Under the pieces are notes generated by a model that saw only the letters and a program-made list of their open reading frames with translations, ran no database searches and was not told the origin of the DNA. Source: Thiomicrorhabdus sp. (GTDB lineage: Bacteria > Pseudomonadota > Gammaproteobacteria > Thiomicrospirales > Thiomicrospiraceae). Taken from it: a stretch of 50,259 bases of DNA. How positions within the stretch are numbered: position 1 is the first letter of the stretch; each line of letters starts with the position of its first letter. Positions 34,563 through 43,820 of this stretch are shown here, piece by piece. The stretch covers positions 1-50,259 of the forward strand of contig VCMI01000012.1 in assembly GCA_006222135.1 (NCBI GenBank), given 5' to 3'. The translations under genes and the position numbers were made by a program.

Positions 34563-35261
34563 ATGCAATTTATTATTAGTCGTTATAACCCTCAAATCGA
34601 TAAAGACCCTTACAACCAAACCTTTGAGTTAGACAATACACTTCTCTCTGCCGACAATATGTTGCTTGACGCCTTACACTTACTGCGCGAGCAAGACCCA
34701 AGCCTAGCATATCGTTCATCTTGCCAGGAAGGTGTTTGCGGCTCAGATGGCATGAACGTCAATGGCCGTAATCGTCTCAGCTGTATTACACCTTTATCCG
34801 ATTTGCCACAAAAAGTCATCATTAAACCCATGCCAGGCCTGCCGATTATTAAAGATCTGATTATTGATATGGATCTGTTCTATCAGCAATACAAAGATGT
34901 CGAGCCTTTTTTACAGAGTGAACCGCTCGATCTACAACACGAACACTTACAATCGCCTGAAGAGCGCGCCAAACTCGATGGTTCTTATGAATGTATTTTG
35001 TGTGGTTGTTGCTCAACCAGTTGCCCCTCTTTCTGGTGGAATCCTGATCAATTCGCTGGCCCGGCTGCTCTGCTCGCTGCCAGTCGTTTTGTCATTGATT
35101 CCCGCGACATTCAGACAATAGACCGTTTAAAAGACCTGGATAGCCCAACACAAACGTTTCGCTGTCGCCACATTCAAAATTGTACCGACTCTTGCCCCAA
35201 AGGACTCAATCCCAGTCGCGCGATTCAAGAATTGAAATCAACGATGGTTAAAGAAATATAA
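34563..35261 (+). CDS. sdhB: succinate dehydrogenase iron-sulfur subunit
   Basis: SCQEGVCGSD, CILCGCCSTSCP and CRHIQNCTDSCP. Confidence 0.97.
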   Translation: MQFIISRYNPQIDKDPYNQTFELDNTLLSADNMLLDALHLLREQDPSLAYRSSCQEGVCGSDGMNVNGRNRLSCITPLSDLPQKVIIKPMPGLPIIKDLIIDMDLFYQQYKDVEPFLQSEPLDLQHEHLQSPEERAKLDGSYECILCGCCSTSCPSFWWNPDQFAGPAALLAASRFVIDSRDIQTIDRLKDLDSPTQTFRCRHIQNCTDSCPKGLNPSRAIQELKSTMVKEI

Positions 35262-35581
35262 TGCCCTTAAGTCTCGAATTGTATAAATCACAAAAGACGG
35301 AGTTTTTAGCAGATTTTGAAGCCAAACGCAGGAAGCTACTCTTTTTATGTAAGCGTGGCAACTTAGAAAGTGAGCTGCTATTAATCGCTTTCGTTGAAAC
35401 GCTTGACCTGCAACTCTCTCCTGAAAAAAATCAGCTTTTTGAGACGTTTTTAAGTGAAAGTGACCAAAACCTCCTTTGCTGGCTGCTCAAACATAATCCG
35501 CAAGCACCCACCGAAAAAGTTGGCATTCCGACTGAATACCAAGCCCTTATTGAAGAAATACGCCTAAATTACCTGAAATAG
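35261..35581 (+). CDS. sdhE: FAD assembly factor SdhE/Sdh5
   Basis: CKRGNLESELLL (RGxxE) and ESDQNLLCW. Confidence 0.8.
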   Translation: MPLSLELYKSQKTEFLADFEAKRRKLLFLCKRGNLESELLLIAFVETLDLQLSPEKNQLFETFLSESDQNLLCWLLKHNPQAPTEKVGIPTEYQALIEEIRLNYLK

Positions 35582-35602
35582 TCCTTATAAGCAGATAATT
35601 AA

Positions 35603-35631
35603 TTGAATTCAAACAACTAAGTTGGTATAAT
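35603..35631 (+). promoter_or_regulatory. sigma70 promoter of infA
   Basis: TTGAAT-17 nt-TATAAT with an extended TGn. Confidence 0.65.
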
Positions 35632-35666
35632 CCGCGCAAATTATTACAAGGGTTAATATAAAACTT

Positions 35667-35885
35667 ATGGCTAAGCAAGACGTTATTGAATTCGACGGTG
35701 TCGTATTAGAAACATTACCAAATACACTTTTTAAAGTAGAACTAGAAAATGGGCACAAAATTTTGGCGCACATTTCTGGACGCATGCGTAAAAACTACAT
35801 TCGAATCCTAGCAGGTGATACCGTTAAGGTTGAACTAACACCCTACGATTTGACGAAAGGTCGTATCACTTACCGCGGTAAGTAA
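35667..35885 (+). CDS. infA: translation initiation factor IF-1
   Basis: [15 protein letters not shown] and [15 protein letters not shown]. Confidence 0.99.
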   Translation: MAKQDVIEFDGVVLETLPNTLFKVELENGHKILAHISGRMRKNYIRILAGDTVKVELTPYDLTKGRITYRGK

Positions 35886-35961
35886 TTCCAGCGCAACCTT
35901 GACGACTGTATGTTAATTAGAGCCGTTAAAACCTGGAATCCATAGATCGAATCAAGCCCTG

Positions 35962-35998
35962 AAAAGCCTCTTAATGTCATTTCATTAAGGGGCTTTTT
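35962..35998. terminator. terminator after infA
   Basis: AAAAGCCTCTTAATG...CATTAAGGGGCTTTTT. Confidence 0.75.
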
Positions 35999-36063
35999 GC
36001 TTTCTTGAATTTGAATCCTAAGCCAAACTGCAATCCTGTTTAGCCGTTTTATCCAAGAGACCG

Positions 36064-36990
36064 TCACTCCACTTTTGGTAAATATCGATAGATAACCACC
36101 TTCAACCCTCTACCGGGCATCGCCTCTACAAACACCTCGGGCGTTGAAATGGATTCTATATATTCACAATCGGGACACTCTAACGCGACAGTCTCATGTA
36201 AAAACTGCTCGCTTAAATGGGGTGAATTTAAACAAAGCATTATCTGACTGTTAGGCTGCATAAATTCAGGAATACGGCGAATGATCTTTTTGTAATCGCG
36301 TTTAATGTCGACACTGCCTTTTTGAAACGATGGCGGATCACAAACGAATAACTCATAAGGGCCATGCTTTTTAATGCGCCCAAAAGACTTAAAGATATCA
36401 ACCCCTTCAAACAACACCTTAGTCGTATCATGCTGATTCAAACGGTGGTTCTCACGCCCCGTGGAGAGCGAGGCCCGACTCATATCCAGATTGACCACTT
36501 TGGACGCACCACCGGCAATAGCCGCGACTGAAAACCCACAGGTATAAGCAAAAAGATTAAGCATAGCCTTACCTTGAGCATGCTCCATTACCCAGTGACG
36601 ACCATTCACCATATCTAAAAACAGTCCGGTGTTTTGTGCTCTGCCCAAACTAATATGATATTTCAGTCCAGACTCTTCTACCACTGTCTGCGTAACAGAC
36701 TCGCCTAAGAGCAATTCTATCGGTGCTCTCGGTAGATAGCGGTATTGAACCTGCACAGAACGACTTCCCTTTACCTGGGCCAATAACGTTTCAGCCAAAG
36801 GCAATAAGAGCTCTTCAGGCATCTCTTCATATAATGTAATGAGCACGACTGGATTAAGCCAATCAATAGACAGATATTCAAAACCAGGATAGGCGTGACC
36901 TCGGCCGTGAAACAGACGCTGCGCATCAAGCGTGCTGGGAACCATAAAGGTAGGAATATTGGGCGTGGTTTTAGGCATGGTTTCAGACAT
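36064..36990 (-). CDS. class I SAM-dependent methyltransferase (RlmI/RlmK-like)
   Basis: RLFHGRG, QNTGLFLD, LNLFAYTCGFS and DPPSF. Confidence 0.88.
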   Translation of the reverse strand: MSETMPKTTPNIPTFMVPSTLDAQRLFHGRGHAYPGFEYLSIDWLNPVVLITLYEEMPEELLLPLAETLLAQVKGSRSVQVQYRYLPRAPIELLLGESVTQTVVEESGLKYHISLGRAQNTGLFLDMVNGRHWVMEHAQGKAMLNLFAYTCGFSVAAIAGGASKVVNLDMSRASLSTGRENHRLNQHDTTKVLFEGVDIFKSFGRIKKHGPYELFVCDPPSFQKGSVDIKRDYKKIIRRIPEFMQPNSQIMLCLNSPHLSEQFLHETVALECPDCEYIESISTPEVFVEAMPGRGLKVVIYRYLPKVE

Positions 36991-37081
36991 AATATATTCT
37001 TATTTAGAAAGCGAGTGAAAATGGGAAGAAGCGACTTTTAACAAGATGCTATTCATAAAATTAAAGGAACACTATCTGACT

Positions 37082-37984
37082 TTACCTTTTGTCTCTACCC
37101 TGCCAATAACTGGCAAACAGTGAGCCTGACAAGTTATGCCAGATACTGAATAAAGCACCTGGTAAAGCACTGGCCGCGCTAAAATATTGTAGGGCGAGTG
37201 CCACGCTGAGGCCTGAATTTTGCATACCGACCTCAATGGCAACCGTACGTGCAATAACGCTGTCGTAGCCGAGCTTTCTCGTGAGCCAATAACCACAAGC
37301 CAAACCGGTCAGATTGTGCAAGATAACCGCAAGTAAAACCGTCCAAGCCAAGGTTTGTAAATTGGACTGATTGAGTGCAACGACAATGGCGATAATCAAT
37401 AGAATGACCCCCATTGAAAACAGCGGGAAAACAGGCCGTATTTTCGAGAGTTTATCGTGAAAGAGTCTATTTAAAGCCATACCCAAGAGTAACGGTAAGA
37501 CAATCATTTTCAGTAACATCCATAACATCGAAGTGACTGGAACATCAACCGATTGGCCGAGATAGAACCAAGTCAAAAAAGGCAGCATAATGACGGCAAC
37601 TAAGGTCGAGACTAACGTCATACTCACAGACAAAGCGACATCACCTTTGGCAAGATACGCCATGACATTAGAAGCCGTGCCCCCTGCTGTGGCACCGACT
37701 AACATCATGCCGATGGTCAACTCTAATGAGAGTCCCATCAGCAGTGACAAAAACCAAGCGGTAAATGGCATGATTAAGAATTGAATACCAATGCCTAACC
37801 CGACTACCAACCGATTCTGCCAGACTTGTTTAAAATCTTTCCAGCTTAAGGTTAACCCCATACCGAGCATAACCGCCATCAATAAGGGGACAATCCAAGA
37901 CTTTAAATCCACAAAAAACTGCGGATAGAACAGTGCAAAACCACTGAAAATTAGCGCCCAGAAAGGAAATGCCATTAATAACAT
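37082..37984 (-). CDS. bile acid:Na+ symporter (BASS) family transporter
   Basis: MLGMGLTL, GGTASNV, EVGMQNSGL and FSIWHN. Confidence 0.92.
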   Translation of the reverse strand: MLLMAFPFWALIFSGFALFYPQFFVDLKSWIVPLLMAVMLGMGLTLSWKDFKQVWQNRLVVGLGIGIQFLIMPFTAWFLSLLMGLSLELTIGMMLVGATAGGTASNVMAYLAKGDVALSVSMTLVSTLVAVIMLPFLTWFYLGQSVDVPVTSMLWMLLKMIVLPLLLGMALNRLFHDKLSKIRPVFPLFSMGVILLIIAIVVALNQSNLQTLAWTVLLAVILHNLTGLACGYWLTRKLGYDSVIARTVAIEVGMQNSGLSVALALQYFSAASALPGALFSIWHNLSGSLFASYWQGRDKR

Positions 37985-38063
37985 AGTCGAAACTCAGTGT
38001 GGATTTCAGAGTGACCAGGCCTGGTCATGGTCACTCTGTATTTAGGAACGTTCAACACGAAAT

Positions 38064-38768
38064 TTATAATACGATCAGTGCTGAAGCTAAACCGATTAGG
38101 CCACCAAACACACCACCCCAAACCACTAACCAACCTAAATGTTCTTGAATCATCTGCTGAACCATCTCTTTCACAAGTTGTGGCGACAACTCTTCTAAAC
38201 GTGCATCAATAATCTCAGCGACCTTGCTACGAATATCGGCCATGACATCTGGTTGATCCATCTCTTCTTGCAACAGCTTATGAAACGATTCTGTTTGAGT
38301 CATTTCAATCAGTGACGTTTTCATATTCTCAATAAAAGGTTCTTTTAACGGTGTTAACGCATCTGCTCCACCGAACATACCCAACATGCTACCAAAAGAG
38401 GAGTTCATTATGACTTCAACCAGCTTTGTAAAAGAGTCACTTAAATCAACCTTGGCGATCACTGGTTGTAAATCGAACTTGGACTCTTTCGCACTGCTGG
38501 CGACAAAGCGATCAATATTCTCTTGACTGAAAAACTGCTCCATCATTAAGTTTTTAATGGCGGCTTTAAAGGCTTCAAAACGGTTAGGAATCACGCCAGA
38601 ACCGACCAGGCCGGGTACCTTTTCAAATAACATATAAACGGCTAACCAGTTGGTTAAGGCACCTGACAAGGCAAACAGTCCGACCATCATTACAATAGAA
38701 TTATTTAAAAACCAACCCGTTCCAAGAATGGCGGCCGCGAAAATATTAGTCAAAACACTCTTATTCAT
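38064..38768 (-). CDS. DUF445 family membrane protein
   Basis: GALTNWLAVYMLF...GVIP and LGWLVVWGGVFGGLIG. Confidence 0.82.
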   Translation of the reverse strand: MNKSVLTNIFAAAILGTGWFLNNSIVMMVGLFALSGALTNWLAVYMLFEKVPGLVGSGVIPNRFEAFKAAIKNLMMEQFFSQENIDRFVASSAKESKFDLQPVIAKVDLSDSFTKLVEVIMNSSFGSMLGMFGGADALTPLKEPFIENMKTSLIEMTQTESFHKLLQEEMDQPDVMADIRSKVAEIIDARLEELSPQLVKEMVQQMIQEHLGWLVVWGGVFGGLIGLASALIVL

Positions 38769-38829
38769 TTCTTACTCTCTTCAAAATTAGACTTACTTGT
38801 TTTAAGACCGTTGCATTAGCAAGGAATTT

Positions 38830-39195
38830 TTATAATTCATCTGCGGTAGAGTGAGCTTCAAAGGTACTTAAATCGACCTTAATCTCACCCAACTCAGAGA
38901 CTGTAAAAGTGGCTTTATCTTTCATCTCACCGGTTTCATCCAGCCCTATACAGCCTTGGAAAATATGCCAGGTATAGACAAAATGGACTTGATAACGGTT
39001 AGCTTTCAGATAGCTGACATGGGAAATTTGCATGCCGTCTTTATAGTGCGCCAACTGACTAATAAAACTTAAATCTCTTACCAATTTTAGATGAATATTG
39101 GCTAACTCTGTCGCGAAAAAATTCGCTAAAAATTTACACTGATTTTCATCGACCACAAAGGGTTTATTATTAGTCAGTTCAAGCTGCAATAACAT
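38830..39195 (-). CDS. hypothetical protein
   Basis: 121-aa ORF fills the gap and has an upstream AAGGG. No family recognised. Confidence 0.65.
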   Translation of the reverse strand: MLLQLELTNNKPFVVDENQCKFLANFFATELANIHLKLVRDLSFISQLAHYKDGMQISHVSYLKANRYQVHFVYTWHIFQGCIGLDETGEMKDKATFTVSELGEIKVDLSTFEAHSTADEL

Positions 39196-39230
39196 ATCAA
39201 CCCTTAAAAAATTACTCGTAAATTGGTTAT

Positions 39231-39265
39231 AAAAAAAGGGCCACCAGATCTGGCGGCCCTTTTTT
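39231..39265 (-). terminator. terminator after acpS
   Basis: AAAAAAAGGGCCACCAG-AT-CTGGCGGCCCTTTTTTT. Confidence 0.85.
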
Positions 39266-39273
39266 GACTAAAA

Positions 39274-39657
39274 TCACTCTCGTTGTTCAGCCACCACAAA
39301 AGCGACCGTATGGTGTTTTTCATCACTCACACTAATCGACCAATCGGTAATGCCTAATGAAACGGCTTTACGTAAAGTCGACCCCGTTAACGAAAGAATT
39401 GGTTGTCCAGATGACTTATGGCCAATCGTCATATCCTTAAAACAGACCCCTTGTGCAATTCCAGTGCCTAATGCTTTAGAAACGGCTTCTTTCAGAGCCC
39501 AGCGTTTAGCCAGAAAACGTTCAGGATAATGCTGATCGTCTAGTTCCACTAACTCATCAGCTGACAGCAGTCTATTGGCAAAGGCTTGACCCTGTTTTCT
39601 GTAAACCTTGGCAATACGCTCAACGTCGACAATATCGGTTCCAACTCCAATAATCAT
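39274..39657 (-). CDS. acpS: holo-ACP synthase
   Basis: GVGTDIV and LAKRWALKEAVSKALGTG. Confidence 0.96.
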   Translation of the reverse strand: MIIGVGTDIVDVERIAKVYRKQGQAFANRLLSADELVELDDQHYPERFLAKRWALKEAVSKALGTGIAQGVCFKDMTIGHKSSGQPILSLTGSTLRKAVSLGITDWSISVSDEKHHTVAFVVAEQRE

Positions 39658-39694
39658 CGCATTCCCTCTTTCATTAACCTATTCTGCGAACGTC

Positions 39695-40440
39695 TTATTT
39701 CAAATACACTTGTTGGCGAGCTTCGACCATAATGCGCTTCATTTCGCGCACCGCTTCTGGTAAACCAGAAAACACCGCTTGGGCGATAATAGCATGACCA
39801 ATATTCAACTCTTCAATCTCTTTAATGGCGGCAATCGCTTGTACATTGTGATAATGCAAACCATGTCCGGCATTGACGACAAGTCCTAAACGCACCGCAT
39901 AGGCCGTTGCATGACGAATACGTTCAAGCTCGGCTTCAATCTCAGCAGGGTTAGTGAGTTCTGCATAGGTTCCTGTATGTAATTCAACTACTGGCGCACC
40001 ACACTCACTAGCGGCTTCGATCTGAGTTTCATCCGGATCGATAAAGAGAGAGACACGACACCCTGCCTGCGCTAAACGTTCACAAACCTCTGTTAACCAA
40101 GGAATTTGGCCGGCAACATCCAAACCACCTTCCGTCGTCAACTCTTCACGTTTCTCAGGCACTAAACAGATATCTTCAGGCTCATATTGACAGGCAATTT
40201 TGACCATCTCTTCTGTAGCCGCCATCTCCAAGTTGACTTTGGTTTGACGCATCGCAGAGATCAAAGCAACATCTTCATCCTGAATATGACGACGATCTTC
40301 ACGTAAATGTAATGTAATACTATCTGCTCCGGCCATTTCAGCATCTAATGCCGCTTTAATAGGGTCTGGATAGGTAGTACCGCGCGCTTGTCTTAGCGTC
40401 GCGACGTGATCAATATTCAAACCTAAAAAATTGGATTCAT
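39695..40440 (-). CDS. pdxJ: pyridoxine 5'-phosphate synthase; frameshift at 40425-40430
   Basis: [22 protein letters not shown] and NAGHGL. One extra T restores [12 protein letters not shown]. Confidence 0.95.
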
Positions 40441-40508
40441 GATTATTCCTTGGTAAATTTGAAAGTAAACTCTTGCCGAGTAAATGTTCTGTGTAAATTG
40501 TTGCTATA

Positions 40509-41228
40509 TTATCTAAAAAGTTGACGTGTCATTAACGGTTTATTGCCTAAATATTGATTGAGAATAGCTCTAAATAGTCGTTTCCACTGCCCTAAGCAAC
40601 TTTCACAAAAAGTAGCTTCTGCTAACGCTAACAAACACTCTCCCTGAATCGGGATGCCATTACCAATGCCGTCCATATCCGCTCTAATCGCCCCATTTTC
40701 TGGGTAAAAATGATATAAAACATTGGCTTCTATAGGCTGTTGCTGAAGATCTACATCACAGATCAAGCCCTGACCAAGCTCATTAAGCAGTTGGTATTCA
40801 AATTGACGCAATGACCAGGCCTGGTCACTTCTATTTTTGGCCGCCAACAATTGATACAAAGCTTGTTGATAATGATTATAGAGAGGTTCTACCGGTACTT
40901 GTGCAAACAATAAACGATATAACAGCTCATTGAGATAGAGACCACAGATACTCGCATCACCGGACAATGGGAAACGTAAATTATTGAGTTCGACTTGTTG
41001 AATGGAGACTAAATCAGAAGGTTTGTGGCTTCGTTCACGCCACAAGACAGTCAATTGCTGAAAAGGTTGTAGTAGTGCCGTTTTTTGAGTCGCGGTTTTT
41101 CGCCCCCCTCTAACACCCCGTACTACGCCATTAAACTTGCCATAATCGGGCGAGAGAAATGTCACCAACGCACTGGTTTCACGGTAAGGGCGAGAGTGTA
41201 GGACAAAAACAGACTGTTCAATCTCCAT
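40509..41228 (-). CDS. recO: DNA repair protein RecO
   Basis: [17 protein letters not shown] and GLYLNELL, with era-recO-pdxJ synteny. Confidence 0.95.
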   Translation of the reverse strand: MEIEQSVFVLHSRPYRETSALVTFLSPDYGKFNGVVRGVRGGRKTATQKTALLQPFQQLTVLWRERSHKPSDLVSIQQVELNNLRFPLSGDASICGLYLNELLYRLLFAQVPVEPLYNHYQQALYQLLAAKNRSDQAWSLRQFEYQLLNELGQGLICDVDLQQQPIEANVLYHFYPENGAIRADMDGIGNGIPIQGECLLALAEATFCESCLGQWKRLFRAILNQYLGNKPLMTRQLFR

Positions 41229-41345
41229 TTAAATCCCTAACTCTTAAGATCGCCTACAAAAATAATGCATTCGAAGTAATTTTTAAGGTGTAAGAGAGCC
41301 TCTTAACACCCATTTAAAAGAACTTATAACCACTGGAAAACGAAC

Positions 41346-42320
41346 TTAACTGCTGTAGTTATCGTCATACCCTAAACTGGCTAAAGCACGGGCATCATCA
41401 GACCAATTCTCTTTGACCTTAACCCAAAGCTCTAAATGAACACGGGCATCTAATAAGGTGATTAAATCTTTACGGGCTTGAATGCCCATGGTTTTAATCA
41501 TTTCACCTTTTTTACCGATGACAATCTTCTTTTGACCTTTGCGTTCAACTAAGATCAACGCATTAATAATCCAACGATCTTCTTCTTTATCGAACTTGAA
41601 TTGTTCAATTTCAACTGTCGAACCATAAGGCACTTCTTCACCCAAGGTACGCATCAGTTTTTCACGGATGATTTCAGCCGCTAAAAAGCGTTGAGAGCGA
41701 TCCGTTACATACTCTTCTGGAAAGATTTTTTCTTGTTTAGGTAGATACTTAAGCACTTCTTTCTTGATTAAATTCAAGCCACTTTTCTTATAGGCTGAAA
41801 TCGGAATCAAAGTATCCATTTGAACATTAGCGGCAACCGTCTCTAAAAACGGAAACAGATCTTCTTTGTTTTTGTAGTTATCAATTTTATTCATCAAGAC
41901 AACTACGGGCGTTTCGATGCCTTCTAGTTTCTTGGCAACGGCGTCATCTTCTTTGGTCCAACGTCCAGCTTCGACTACAAACAGAATCACATCAACATCA
42001 GCAAACGCACTGTTAGCTGTTCGGTTCATATACTCATTAATAGATTTTTCACCGCCTAAATGCATACCCGGAGTATCGACATAGATAATTTGGTGTTCAT
42101 CAGTGGTATAGATACCGTGAATACGGTGACGAGTGGTTTGTGGTTTATGTGACGTGATACTCAACTTTTGACCGAGCAACTCATTCATAATGGTCGATTT
42201 ACCCACATTTGGGCGACCAATCACGGCCGCAAAGCCCGTTTGATACTCTGTCGGTTCTTTAGAGTCATCGCCACCGGCTAAAATAGCCTCTAGATCGAGT
42301 GTGCGTTTTTTTTCAGTCAT
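41346..42320 (-). CDS. era: GTPase Era
   Basis: GRPNVGKST, QTTR, DTPG, NKID and LWVKVKENW. Confidence 0.97.
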   Translation of the reverse strand: MTEKKRTLDLEAILAGGDDSKEPTEYQTGFAAVIGRPNVGKSTIMNELLGQKLSITSHKPQTTRHRIHGIYTTDEHQIIYVDTPGMHLGGEKSINEYMNRTANSAFADVDVILFVVEAGRWTKEDDAVAKKLEGIETPVVVLMNKIDNYKNKEDLFPFLETVAANVQMDTLIPISAYKKSGLNLIKKEVLKYLPKQEKIFPEEYVTDRSQRFLAAEIIREKLMRTLGEEVPYGSTVEIEQFKFDKEEDRWIINALILVERKGQKKIVIGKKGEMIKTMGIQARKDLITLLDARVHLELWVKVKENWSDDARALASLGYDDNYSS

Positions 42321-42334
42321 TTTAGTCTTCTCTT

Positions 42335-43048
42335 TTACAGGTTATCCAGAGCGTCAAGTGCGGACTCAGCCGCTTTTTGCTCTGCTTTACGTCGATTCGA
42401 AGCCGTTGCTTCAAATTTGGTATTCAATTTTTCTACGAAACAAGAGACCGTAAACTGCTGTGCGTGTGCGGCTCCATTAACACTAATAATGCTGTATTCA
42501 GGTAAAGGCTGATTCTTTGATTGCAACCACTCCTGCAATCGAGTCTTAGCATCTTTACCTACTTTTTTAGGGTCTAACACTTGTAAACGGCCCTCATACA
42601 GATGATTGACCAATTCACGACAGAGATCCAGCCCACCATCTTCATAGACAGAGGCAATAATAGCTTCTACGGCATCGGCTATAATCGAATCACGTCTAAA
42701 ACCACCACTCTTAAGCTCTCCTGGCCCTAAAACCAAATAGTCGCTCAAGTTATATTCACGACCAATCACAGCCAAGGTATCGCCCTTAACTAAATGTGCT
42801 CTGACACGACTCATATCGCCTTCTGGCAAGTTTGAAAACTGATGAAACAGAATATCTGCAATCATAAAATTAACCAAACTATCGCCTAAAAACTCCAACC
42901 GCTCATTGTTTTTAGAGCCAACGCTACAGTGGGTTAATGCGTGTTGTAGGTATGAAATATCGTGGTATTCATAACCTAGTTTTTTAGCTAATTGATGTAA
43001 CTTAGCTAAACGTTCAACGGGGAGTTTTTCAGTTTTTTTGGTCACCAT
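42335..43048 (-). CDS. rnc: ribonuclease III
   Basis: NNERLEFLGDS and DAKTRLQE (dsRBD). Confidence 0.97.
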   Translation of the reverse strand: MVTKKTEKLPVERLAKLHQLAKKLGYEYHDISYLQHALTHCSVGSKNNERLEFLGDSLVNFMIADILFHQFSNLPEGDMSRVRAHLVKGDTLAVIGREYNLSDYLVLGPGELKSGGFRRDSIIADAVEAIIASVYEDGGLDLCRELVNHLYEGRLQVLDPKKVGKDAKTRLQEWLQSKNQPLPEYSIISVNGAAHAQQFTVSCFVEKLNTKFEATASNRRKAEQKAAESALDALDNL

Positions 43049-43049
43049 C

Positions 43050-43820
43050 TTATTTAATCTCCTGACCCAAACGATTTAACTGTAAACCGTTGTCCCAGTG
43101 CATCCAGATTCCAAATGCCTTACCTTTAAGATTTTTCGCAGGGACAAAGCCCCAAAAACGACTGTCATTACTGTGATCTCGATTATCGCCCATCATAAAG
43201 TAATGCCCTTCTGGAACCAATACAGTATCAAAATCGAGACTCGATTTATCCATATCCAACAAAACTTTATGTGTCGAGCCGCTTGGAAAAGTCTCTTTAA
43301 CGACCGAGGCACCATTCATAATCGCGCCCGATTCCGTTCCGTGATACTCACCCATAAACTCACTTTTGACGGGGTCACCGTTAATAAAGATGGTGCGTCC
43401 AACATAGGTGATTTTATCGCCTGGTAGACCAACGACACGTTTAATGTAATCAACTGCTGGATCATTCGGGTATTTAAAGACCACAACATCACCACGTTCT
43501 GGCTCACTGACTGGAATAATAGTGGTTTGCAGAACAGGTAATTTGACACCGTAGGCAAATTTATTGACGACAATAAAATCTCCAATCTGCAATGTCGGAT
43601 ACATAGAACCAGAAGGGATTCTAAAGGGTTCAATAATGAAAGACCTTAAGACCAATACGACCAAAAATACAGGAAACAGTGAACGTGCGTATTCCACCAA
43701 GATAGGCTGTTTGACAGTCATCATGGCAGCTTGGCGCTTTGGACGCCAAATAATACGGTCTACATAGGTGATTACCCCCGTTATCGCGGTGATAATGACA
43801 AGAATAAGTTCAAAGCTCAT
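43050..43820 (-). CDS. lepB: signal peptidase I
   Basis: IPSGSMYPTL, YIKRVVGLPGD and GDNRDHSNDSR. Confidence 0.97.
   Translation of the reverse strand: MSFELILVIITAITGVITYVDRIIWRPKRQAAMMTVKQPILVEYARSLFPVFLVVLVLRSFIIEPFRIPSGSMYPTLQIGDFIVVNKFAYGVKLPVLQTTIIPVSEPERGDVVVFKYPNDPAVDYIKRVVGLPGDKITYVGRTIFINGDPVKSEFMGEYHGTESGAIMNGASVVKETFPSGSTHKVLLDMDKSSLDFDTVLVPEGHYFMMGDNRDHSNDSRFWGFVPAKNLKGKAFGIWMHWDNGLQLNRLGQEIK

Larger units (their letters stand above)
2343..40827. repeat. dispersed highly iterated palindrome TGACCAGGCCTGGTCA (14 exact CCAGGCCTGG cores)
   Basis: Cores start at 2344, 3347, 4613, 5635, 9506, 11837, 13533, 23443, 27162, 31751, 32248, 34390, 38015 and 40815. Full 16-mers start at 13530, 23440, 31748, 38012 and 40812. 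Confidence 0.95.
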
